Shown here: piece by piece, positions 14,685-26,300 of the stretch
How positions within the stretch are numbered: the stretch's first letter is position 1
Layout: every line of letters begins with the position of its first letter
NCBI GenBank assembly: GCA_964658305.1
Contig: OZ210885.1
Span: forward strand, 13,082,001-13,146,000
Reading direction: 5' to 3'
DNA from: Leptogorgia sarmentosa
Lineage: Eukaryota
Length of the DNA: 64,000 nucleotides
The notes under the pieces: model-generated
Seen by the model: the letters and a program-made list of their open reading frames with translations, nothing else
Database searches by the model: none
Told to the model about the DNA's origin: nothing
Made by a program: the position numbers and the translations under genes

Positions 14685-15060
14685 GGCCCCTATTACACTA
14701 TACCGGATTGCATCGGAGCGGAGCGATTTTTATACCGGATTGGGCTGTTGTTTACACTACGCCACTGTAATCCGGTACGTGCCGCGGAGCAAAAATCACT
14801 CCGCTTCGTTCGTGATACAAAAAGTAATCCGGTATGTGCCGTACCAAAATGATTGCCTTTCAAAATATTTTTATGTATGTATTGACTGCTGCAAGCGTGC
14901 TGCAAATAATGTCGTGTTTGTATGCCCTAAATATCCAACATTATACGATACGAAGACGTCTTCGACAGCGGAGCGGCGTAGTGTAATCGCTGCCATTTTT
15001 TTAATTCGTGTCAAAATTGATCCGGAACGAAAAATAATCCCGTATAGTGTAATAGGGGCC
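14685..15060. mobile_element. PIF/Harbinger-type MITE
   Basis: Perfect TIRs ggcccctattacactatac / gtatagtgtaataggggcc, flanked by TTA / TAA. Confidence 0.8.
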
Positions 15061-15948
15061 TAAGCAACGCTCAGTCTGTAGCGCTGTTAGCAAATTTGCT
15101 GTTGTTGACTAATTAGGTTGCGACGAAGTCTTCAAATTCATACGAAAGCAAACTTCAATACTAGCAGTGTATACCTCACGCAAGTTTGTTTACAAGTTTC
15201 ATTAAAAACTATAGTATATGATTGGCAACATTTCAGTCTGTAACATGCAGTTGATAGATTCCGTTTACCATAAAACATTCATTGTTAATTAAAGCGAGAC
15301 TGAGACTGATAGCATGCAAGTAGCTAAATTGTATTATAGCGGAAGTTTTTGTGATTGTTTATTATGCCCTCCAGTGTACTATATGTGTATTTCCGGAGGG
15401 AAATTATGTATTGTGCCGAACAATGTTTTACCTAAAGTTAAGCGTATTTTTGAGCGATTATTGCATTAGAATGACACGGTATGAATCATGAATGACACAC
15501 ATAACGAAATAAATACAGTTACTATTAAATACAATAATTTATAACCTATAAGATATCGAGTGGAGAATATTTTTCACTCTCGATCGCCTTACAAATATAA
15601 GGCGTTGTTATTGTATTTAACTGGCTTGTCTGATTTTTCAAAACAACCAACATTGGCACATAAAAACTGCCCAATTAACAATTTAGACAGGATTCGTGTC
15701 AAAATGTCGTGATTGCATTTGCTGTACACGATTGTGTTGTCGCCACTTCAACTTTTCAAGTAAATCATAATTTATTTGCTGAGAACACCACCAAAACGTA
15801 AAACTTCCGTTCTGTGAACACAGAATTTTTCTATACTGATTGACGTTACGTTTCTGTTAGAAGTTTATCACGAACGGAAAGAAATGTTATATTTGGCTTA
15901 GTTAACAAGTTTTGTATTAAATATGCATTTAATGTTACAAGGTGACAA

Positions 15949-16708
15949 CAGTGCCGGATTATCTAGGGGGCAATGGGGGCATTTGCCCCCGGCCCCAGCT
16001 CAAAAGCTTGTTTACCGGCACAAGAAAAACAATGTATAAAAAATTTCAGTTACTGTGGGTTTCGAAAAAACAAATTTTGATTAAAAATTGGTCAATTGAA
16101 AGCCAGGAAATTCTAGAGTCCTAAATTACTCAAGAATTATCTGCGTCTATAGACAACGATAAGATTGCAAACTTCAACCTACTTAGCATCATAGGCGTAC
16201 AAGGCGGGCGGCCCCAAAAAAATTCAAATTGGAATATTCGGGCACTGATTTTGAGCATAATTCGGGCAACATGAGGAATAGGTTGAAGGAATAAGGTAAT
16301 GTCAACAATCCTCCAGTCGTTCACCTGAACGAACGTACCAAGAAAGTGGAGTTAGGACTTTGAAATCGCCGTTTCCGGCAATCCGAGTTTGAAAAAGTTC
16401 AAAAATTTCTCGCTCGGCGCCAACCATGGTGGCGCCTCGTGACATTCGCTCCCCTCAAATTCGGGCAAAGATAAACTTTCTGCCCCCCTCTGAAAAAATG
16501 TACCACGTACGCTTATGCTTAGCATTGAACATGCCACTTTCACGTTAAAATGCTATTCCCTATGTGCATGCATATTATCGTTTTTGACTATATAATGGAC
16601 AAGACTTTCAATTTCATTACATATATATTTCATGTTTTCATATTCACCAAATTACGGCCCTTTACTTTTTGTTTGTCCCCGGCCCAATGACGGGTTAATC
16701 CGGCGCTG
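15949..16708. mobile_element. hAT-type non-autonomous element with nested MITE
   Basis: TIRs cagtgccggatta / taatccggcgctg. Perfect 8-bp TSD ggtgacaa at 15941-15948 and 16709-16716. Confidence 0.85.
16190..16517. mobile_element. hAT-type MITE (cataggcgtac family) nested in 15949..16708
   Basis: TIRs cataggcgtac / gtacgcttatg. Perfect 8-bp TSD cttagcat. Confidence 0.85.
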
Positions 16709-17856
16709 GGTGACAAACATGATTTAATGTTAGTGAAATAAATTTAGCAACTACGGAGGCTGATGAAAGACTATCAAAATTCACCTTCTTAATAAACAGT
16801 GTGTTCATGAAATGTATACTGTACTTTCATTCAGTAATTAATTTTGTGCCCTTCAATTTTCATCCTTATGCAATTTCTACAGGTTCTTTAGGTAATTTCA
16901 ATCCATTCCAGACATGCATGAATAAATGTAATGCAGAAAACCTGAACCTGTCACCATTGGGTTTGGTACTATGGCACACCATAAGTCAAGTTGTATGTAT
17001 ATTGTCTCACAAGCTTGTGGCGTAGCTGCTGATTTCATCGATGGCACCAAGGCTCAGAATATTGCCTGTCAGACAGAGAATGTTAACTACATTAGCAACC
17101 AGGAGAAGTTTTAATCACTGCCTATGAGATACAATAAGATTCAACGTTTCGAGCAAAGGCTCTTTATTCCGAATTCGCGGCTAAGTGAATATGGGCTTGT
17201 AATCACCTCGCCTGCAGCCACTAATTATCAGTTATTGACCTGGAACGAGGGGTATTTTACAAAAATTACCCCGAGGAATGAAATTTTTTCCGAGGGCGCA
17301 GCCCGAGGAAAATTTCATTCCGAGGGGTAATTTTTTTCATCTATTATGGGAAATCATACATGTGTTCATGGAAGTCTTATTTTACCTGGATTATCCATAA
17401 CCATTCCGTAATTGCTCTTGTGTCTTTCGATTACTTGGTTTTCTCCAAAGAGAATCTAATTTCTTCACCATTCCAAATATTTAACAGAGTTACTGTCTCT
17501 GGCCATGTAATTGTCTCACCTTTCTTTGCCACGATTTTGAAAAGCGTTCCGAGCATGCGTACATCGAAGCGAACTGCCATCATTTTGTATGGCACGGCAT
17601 TTGTCCAACTATGTTCTGGGTCTCGGCATGGGTAGAAACAGAAATTTACACACAGAAATTTCCTGGTGCCGTGCCAATTAGAACCGGAACCCGTTCCATA
17701 TTTCAACCGTGCCGCGCCAATTCTTGTGTTTGTGTAGTGTAATATTTAAAATATGGAGTGCATAAAAATGTTATGAAATTCATTGATTGCAGCTGAATGT
17801 CTTTTTAAATTGCGTATACTTAATTCACGTATATTTTATTTGTAGATCCCTGAATA

Positions 17857-18454
17857 ATGGCAAGCGGTGCCAGTTACACAACAGATGAAGAATCCAGATG
17901 GGTTGTGATTGGTATTTGCCTTACCAAAGTTGTCACTCCCACCTTGAGGAAAGTTGTCGATGCAAAATTGAAGAGCTGGTATCAAGACTTATGTAAACCA
18001 CCTGATGAAATTGACAAACAAGTTTTCGGAAAGCAAATTAAAACGCTGCCACCATCAACGTTGTCTTTGCAATATAAAAACATCAACGGTAATAATGTAC
18101 ACAAGTATCCCCGTGCATATGACTACGCGGTGAAAGATGCTCTGTCTTTGGCAAAGTTGTTCGTTAAACCCTTCATGGCAAAGTTTACAGGTTTTGACGA
18201 TACAATGGATCTTTCTGCTTTACTGACTATCATGTGTGAAGCAGATCCATTCATAACATCTGGTGCCTCATGTTACGCAAATAATGTAAGGTCAAACGTG
18301 AGAAACGAATGGGCTCATTGCAACTTTCCCAAATGGACCAATGCTTTGTTCAATGACGCGATTCAACACCTGCAATGGTTGGTGAAAAATATCAATTTAA
18401 CAACTGCGGCTGAAAAAGAAGTGTGTGATGATCTTGAAGATTGGAAAAACAAAG
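17857..18454 (+). CDS. HEPN exon, upstream copy (identical duplicate of 19738..20335)
   Basis: Identical translation to ORF 19738..20430. RNEWAH at 18301..18318. Acceptor tttgtag|atccc at 17845/17846, donor AAAG|gtaatg at 18454. Confidence 0.75.
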
Positions 18455-19737
18455 GTAATGATTTAAGTTGCTTATACTTTATCGTATCGTTCGAAGGTGT
18501 GATGCTGCAGCTTCCAGCGTGGGAATGTCACCATTTATTGTGTTTCTGATTGATAAGTTGTGATTGTGTTCACAACACAGCAGTGTTGGCAGGCAATGTA
18601 ACTCTTTCTTTAGCGTTTACTGTTATGTTTTGCTGAAGTTTAATGACTGTATGCTAATTGTTACGAATACACGAGAAAATGCTTCATTTGAAATGTATAC
18701 TGTACTTTCATTCAGTAATTAATTTTGTGCCCTTCAATTTTCATCCTTATGCAATTTCTACAGGTTCTTTAGGTAATTTCAATCCATTCCAGACATGCAT
18801 GAATAAATGTAATGCAGAAAACCTGAACCTGTCACCATTGGGTTTGGTACTATGGCACACCATAAGTCAAGTTGTATGTATATTGTCTCACAAGCTTGTG
18901 GCGTAGCTGCTGATTTCATCGATGGCACCAAGGCTCAGAATATTGCCTGTCAGACAGAGAATGTTAACTACATTAGCAACCAGGAGAAGTTTTAATCACT
19001 GCCTATGAGATACAATAAGATTCAACGTTTCGAGCAAAGGCTCTTTATTCCGAATTCGCGGCTAAGTGAATATGGGCTTGTAATCACCTCGCCTGCAGCC
19101 ACTAATTATCAGTTATTGACCTGGAACGAGGGGTATTTTACAAAAATTACCCCGAGGAATGAAATTTTTTCCGAGGGCGCAGCCCGAGGAAAATTTCATT
19201 CCGAGGGGTAATTTTTTTCATCTATTATGGGAAATCATACATGTGTTCATGGAAGTCTTATTTTACCTGGATTATCCATAACCATTCCGTAATTGCTCTT
19301 GTGTCTTTCGATTACTTGGTTTTCTCCAAAGAGAATCTAATTTCTTCACCATTCCAAATATTTAACAGAGTTACTGTCTCTGGCCATGTAATTGTCTCAC
19401 CTTTCTTTGCCACGATTTTGAAAAGCGTTCCGAGCATGCGTACATCGAAGCGAACTGCCATCATTTTGTATGGCACGGCATTTGTCCAACTATGTTCTGG
19501 GTCTCGGCATGGGTAGAAACAGAAATTTACACACAGAAATTTCCTGGTGCCGTGCCAATTAGAACCGGAACCCGTTCCATATTTCAACCGTGCCGCGCCA
19601 ATTCTTGTGTTTGTGTAGTGTAATATTTAAAATATGGAGTGCATAAAAATGTTATGAAATTCATTGATTGCAGCTGAATGTCTTTTTAAATTGCGTATAC
19701 TTAATTCACGTATATTTTATTTGTAGATCCCTGAATA

Positions 19738-20335
19738 ATGGCAAGCGGTGCCAGTTACACAACAGATGAAGAATCCAGATGGGTTGTGATTGGTATTTGC
19801 CTTACCAAAGTTGTCACTCCCACCTTGAGGAAAGTTGTCGATGCAAAATTGAAGAGCTGGTATCAAGACTTATGTAAACCACCTGATGAAATTGACAAAC
19901 AAGTTTTCGGAAAGCAAATTAAAACGCTGCCACCATCAACGTTGTCTTTGCAATATAAAAACATCAACGGTAATAATGTACACAAGTATCCCCGTGCATA
20001 TGACTACGCGGTGAAAGATGCTCTGTCTTTGGCAAAGTTGTTCGTTAAACCCTTCATGGCAAAGTTTACAGGTTTTGACGATACAATGGATCTTTCTGCT
20101 TTACTGACTATCATGTGTGAAGCAGATCCATTCATAACATCTGGTGCCTCATGTTACGCAAATAATGTAAGGTCAAACGTGAGAAACGAATGGGCTCATT
20201 GCAACTTTCCCAAATGGACCAATGCTTTGTTCAATGACGCGATTCAACACCTGCAATGGTTGGTGAAAAATATCAATTTAACAACTGCGGCTGAAAAAGA
20301 AGTGTGTGATGATCTTGAAGATTGGAAAAACAAAG
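19738..20335 (+). CDS. Exon 1: DZIP3-like HEPN domain
   Basis: Helical domain of about 200 aa with VRSNVRNEWAHCN (Rx4H, 20182..20199). Donor AAAG|gtaatg, phase 1. Confidence 0.8.
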
Positions 20336-23300
20336 GTAATGATTTAAGTTGCTTATACTTTATCGTATCGTTCGAAGGTGTGATGCTGCAGCTTCCAGCG
20401 TGGGAATGTCACCATTTATTGTGTTTCTGATTGATAAGTTGTGATTGTGTTCACAACACAGCAGTGTTGGCAGGCAATGTAACTCTTTCTTTAGCGTTTA
20501 CTGTTATGTTTTGCTGAAGTTTAATGACTGTATGCTAATTGTTACGAATACACGAGAAAATGCTTCATTTGCTTTTGAAGTCGAAAACTGAAATTGGAAG
20601 ATTGTAAACCAATGCACAATGATAATAAGAATAATTGTATGGAATAAATGAAAGAATGAAAATATCATTAAATTTCGTAACACGCCCTCTTCAGGCGCCA
20701 ACGTTTCAAGGATAAGAAATACATGATGAAGTATTTATTGACCCCCCCCCCCCCCCCCCGTACAGTAATACTGAGCAATACACAACAGAACCAACTACTG
20801 ATAATAGTATTTTGTGCTGTTGGTCGTTAACAAAAATATAAAAGTCAGTTCATGGCATTTAAAAACAAAACAAAATCGGTACTTGAAGATCTTAGTTACT
20901 TCATTCCCCAGCATGATTTTTAAGACATTTTAATCTTCGGAATTTATAAGGTTCAAAATATTGCTATTAGATTTGTTCTCAATTTATATATTTATAAGCT
21001 CTGGCTAACTTTGCTTCTTAAAATCACAGTGCAAGTGTTTTAATAAGACACTTGTAATAAAAGATTAAAATTGTATAAACTTGACACATCAAATTTTCAG
21101 TTATTTACTTTTGAAACATTTGGTATGATCCATCATTTTCCTTCAGTCATTATAGCCACGGATTTTTCTTGTTCGAATTCTTGGTCTTTATCGGTCGTGG
21201 GTGCAAAAACGTGTCTTCGGACGGAAACATTTTGGACTATGACTGACAAACCTGTGTCACAAACTTTTGTTTACGTTTTGTTAACGTTTTCAATTAGTTG
21301 AACAATCCAAAAAGTTTTAAAGTATAAAATCAATTCATATGCATTATGCATATTACCGACGGCACCATGACACATGAAGTATTTCCTGATATACATTTTA
21401 CGAGGTTAAAACAATATGCGCAGAAAACATGCGGAGACCGTGACACAGCTGCTTTAATTGCTGACGTATAATACATATCTCGACCAATCTAATCTCTATT
21501 TGTTTCATTAGCTGACATTCATTCTTTATTGATAGTTTCAAACGTTTTTGTTGATGGACGATACTCAAAATTAATTAAAGAAAGCTTGTCAGAACTTCGC
21601 AGATGTATTGAAAATTGGCATCTTGAAACAGACACGAAGGTTTGATGAATTTCTATTTTTGTTTTTACAAGCTGAGCATATCTCACTTTACTGCGCGGTA
21701 TGTCTCGCGTCGTCTATAATTGCTTACTAGCTGACCTTTCGATCATGGCGCCAGGATATTTGTGCTATTCGTTTCAGAGCGTAACGGTAGGAATCTTATA
21801 TCTCTGCAGATGACCGGAGTGACAACAAAGCTTGATAATGTAGAGTCGAACATTAGTCTACAGTTACGTGAACTACGCTGCAATGTTGAAGAGAAACTTG
21901 GTGCTCTTGAGGAAAAAATCAGGACGATGTGTCATAGTGAACAAAAACATGAATATTCAGAAATTGCCGAAAATAAAGGTATTATAATTAGCCATTTTTG
22001 GATGGACAAAAATAAACAAAATGCCAAAAATGACAGCTAGGAAGTTTTCCTGAAGTCCTTCTAACTCCCTAAAGTTCTTCGTGCAGCCTCGTGAATTGCA
22101 CAAAATGGAATGAAGGGCTCGCATTAGTAATCACTGTAAACTTTAATCACTGCAATTTCCTGTTATCAATTTTGACCAATAAAATTTGAGCTCAAGCTAC
22201 AGACTGCTTCTAAACAAAGTAAAAATTGTCTTCGGGTCGAAAGTATAGTTTTTATCTTTTTCTTATGAAAAAATCTTTTGAAATCGTTAGCGCTGTAATA
22301 TGTGAAATAAACTAAGCAACAAAACTCTGTCGGTGAAAATTCGCTTTGAGACGTAAGTTAAGAGTACAATTGTCTCGAATGCTTTTATGCAAACTATTAA
22401 CAAGTAATAGTATGGTTTCTCGTGCAATTTGGATTACATAAACTCGTGAGGTCTTTGGAAAACTCATTCGCGCATGTCAACTCTAAATTGCACTCGAAAC
22501 CGTGGTATTATACCAATACTTATCATCGAAATCTTTTGTATTTGATATCTTAGTTCCGTATGGATTACGCAATCTACCTGCTCACATGGTAGAACGGCCA
22601 TCAGAAGTAACCGAGATATTGGAGTTACTCAAGCAGGGGAATAAAGTGGGTGTTGTTGGACGTCATGGTGGCGACGTTGGTATCCGCGGAATGGGAGGCC
22701 TCGGTAAGACGGTGTTAGCCCAAGCTGTTGCCTGGGAAGTCTCAAAATCTCGTCAAGTTGTCTGGCTTGACATTGGTCAAACATCTGATCGCTTGAAACT
22801 GATTAACACCCTCGTCAGAGTCCTTGGCGGAGATGTGTCGTTCAGTGATATTGTTGCAGCGCAATCTTGGTTAAGAAAATACACGGTATGTATGCTGTGC
22901 TATATTTGATGTTTGTGGGAAAATGTGATAGGGCTATTTTCAAGGTAGGGACGATTTTTAATGGGATGTAGCTCGAATAGTCAACTTGCACGAATACAGA
23001 AAAATATATCCGGTACAGCGTTGGTAAACGTAAATTAAAGCGACGTTAAATGTAGAAGTCTGATGTTAGATGGACGTTAAAGCTAGAATAGTTGCAATTC
23101 TTCCAAGTCTTTTCCTTCACACGACCACTTGCCCAGTCTGTAAGCTTTATTACTTGTCTTTAATTTTCAAAACAAAGTTAGCATTTTAACTCGGCTTCGC
23201 CTCGTTCAGTATTTAAAATTTCTCGTGCGTTGTACAGCCAGCTCGTGTAAGTATTTGTAAACAAAGCACAATTCTTAACTCGTACATTCTTGCGAAACGA

Positions 23301-26300
23301 AAACAATATATATTTGCATACGACTGATGTGTCAAAATATTTTCTTCATGCAGTGATGATATTTCCCTTGGGCTAAAGCCATCAGGTCTTCATGAAATAT
23401 TTCGACGATTATATGTAGCCCCCGGGTCTATAAATGATAAATAGTACCTCTACTTTCTCAGTTCGTTAAAAAACCTCATTCATCTCATGCATTGGTGGTG
23501 AGATGATGGCAGCTGGGACTCTTTTACACTTGCAATTTTTGCAGCGATTTCTAGTGCGAGTTTTATTATTTCCACCTTGATAGAGGTGAAAGACTAAACC
23601 AGTTGCGGAATTCAGAAATAATAAAATCAGAACACTCGTCATAAATCCACCTGTGAACATGTGCCTCACATATCAGAAAGGCCAGAAAATCGCACTAAAA
23701 AATTGCAAGCGAGCCTTTGAAGGGCTTCGCTAGTAAGAGTGGTAAATTTTAACAACCTTTATATTCAGTTAACAGATACGGTTTCTGAGCATTATTTCAA
23801 CTCATTTTTAGATTGATAAAGATTGTTTGGTTGTTGTTGATGATGTTTGGAAGGTGGACGACGCTGCTGTATTCAATTGCTTTTCTGGCAAATGCCAATT
23901 ATTAATAACAACTAGAGATGCTACTGTTCTCTGCGGTTCTGGAATTACCAAGTACGAACTTGTAATTATGCCACAAGATAAATCCCGAGGGCTCTTGTAT
24001 CAGAGCGCTGGGATAAGTCCAGACGAACGGTTAACGCCAAACTTACGGCGAATTATTGCAGATCTGTTAGAGCAGTGTCGAGGTTTACCGCTGGCTCTGT
24101 CACTGGTGGGTTCAAATTTAACGGACACTCGTGCGGAACAAGACTGGGAGGATGTTTTAGATGATCTTAAAAATGCTGACCTGGAGAGAATTCGTTCATT
24201 ATTTCCCAAAGTCGATTATCCTTATGATAACCTCTTAGCAGTCATTGATGTGAGCTATCAACGCCTGGACGAAAGTGTACGCGAGATGTTTCTTTATTTG
24301 GCTATATTTCCAGAGGATACAGATATACCGTCAGATGTACTCGAGCTGGTGTGGTGTTCGATACAGAACCAGAATGGAAAAACTTCGCGAAAACCTCAGA
24401 AACACAAAGATATACTTGCTGTGCTCGAGAGAAAGTCGCTGATCTTAAAAGGTACAGTTTTATCTTTTAACGGTTTTGATCTGCACATCCTCCGAAAAAT
24501 TTTTATCTTCAGTGCCAAGTTCACTTTGCAGTATTGTCATTAGTAACGAAAATTTACAACAGTCAGTGAACCAGTAATACAGGTTGCAAAGTGGATCAAG
24601 TGGATTTTTTGATGTTTTGTAATAATAAGGCGAATCATGTAAATTAAAAAATATTGTTTGCTTTTTAGGAATTAGGAGTTTTACCAAGACTACCTTAAGT
24701 CTATGTGTCTTTTTACAGATATTGCATTATTCTTGGCTCGATATAGCCAATAATTATTCTTATTGTGACTAAGCCATTTCGTATTTACGAAAACCTGATA
24801 GCACAACTCCTTCTATACTACTCAACGGCGATTTTGAGATTTCAAAAATTGTCCGCCTCTAGTACAAATTTCCTAACATTTCGATCAATTTCAGGGCCTG
24901 AACTCCACGGAAAGAAAAGCTATCGTGTCCATGACTTGCTTTTGGATTTTGCCCAGACAAAACTTCAAGACATGGGTACACTAAATGATGTTCAGGATAA
25001 GTTCGTAAAGACACTTCGAGGCCTGTGCGTGGATGGTGACTGGAATGATAATTCAACTACCTGCCAAAAAGACTATTATTTCAAGTACCTACCCTATCAC
25101 ATTTATTCTTCGGGACGACATGGTGAACTACTGCAGTTGCTGTTTGATTTACACTGGCTGAAACAAAAAGCGAAACACGTCAGCGTATTCTCTGTAATAT
25201 CAGATTTTCGTTTTGTGGACACAGAATCGGAGGAAATCCAACTTCTCAAATCCGCGTTAATTTTCTCTGCCGATGTCATCAACGAAAACCCAGATTCAAT
25301 CTGTCCTCAACTCCTAGGTAATTCAAATAATGAACTTTAATTTGTCTCATTCTTCTATGATTTGTTTAAGTTGCCTCACTATTTAGTGCAAAGTTTCGAA
25401 GAAATTTGGCATTATTTTGATGAGTGGGGAAAATTCACATCAGTCATTCATTCATAGTGTAAACTCGATGGGGGAGGGGCATGGGGTGCTTCCCAAAATC
25501 TTCCCATGTACAAACTCCACAAATGACTGATATCCTTACAAAAATTATGCAATTGTAGCTATAAATCGTTGATCATCATGGTTTGCAGTTACTCTAATGA
25601 ATAGAAAAGTAGCTATAGGTGAAGAAGCCCACAAGTTAGAGTACACAATGCCGGAAAGCCCCTCCGGAATTTCAATTTTTGCAAAAATTGCAAACTCAGC
25701 ATTCATTCGGGCATTAAAATTTCTACACAACATGGCGAACGCTTAGAGTGGGGCCGTCAATCAGTGAAGTGGTTAACAATGTTTGACTACCACAAGGCCA
25801 CAAAATGTAAACGCTGTAATTACAGCAAATGTAAAATCGTCACATTATGTGCGTCTACGCATGACGCAGTACCTCGTATAGCACGTGTAAAGCATGCTTT
25901 GGGTAATTCAAAGTGATTGCATGGCTCACAAAATATGGAAGTACACTCAGTTGAGTAAGTTGCCAAAGATCATTATAAAACCATAACACGTGCACAACAC
26001 GCTGCGTGTATTGAAAATAATTAGCTGGCTGATCGATACGAATCAATGTGGCTGTCGCACAACGTCATATGAGTTCGTGCCAACACACAAAGAATTGTTA
26101 GTATACGATCGAAGAAAATGAAGTGCAAACCTTACGACATTTCTGAAAACCTCTTGACTCGTCAGTGAGCTGGTTTTAAAAGTAAAAGGCGAGGAGATAG
26201 CCAACGTGTTATCGCCACTCGCTTCCCTTGCCAGCGAGCCTTATGTAATCGAGGAAATTAAACGGCGAGGAGATAGCCAACGTGTTGTCGCCACTCGCTT

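Larger units (their letters stand above)
16808..20571. repeat. Apparently perfect 1881-bp tandem duplication containing the HEPN exon
   Basis: All ORFs recur at +1881 with identical translations. The unit starts at tgaaatgtatact (16808 / 18689) and identity ends at gcttcatttg (18690 / 20571), with TG microhomology at the junction. Confidence 0.95.

Noticed and set aside
1618..17706. Numerous 60-110-aa ORFs in the spacer (and similar intronic ORFs elsewhere)
   Set aside because: They have no recognisable motifs, have low-complexity AT-driven composition, and overlap repeats or MITEs. The duplicated ones recur only because of the 1881-bp duplication.
18455..18549. C-terminal extensions of exon ORFs (e.g. 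NDLSCLYF.. and TVSLALLPEF.. in the paralog)
   Set aside because: These are read-through into introns beyond conserved GT donors, and paralog similarity stops exactly at the donor.
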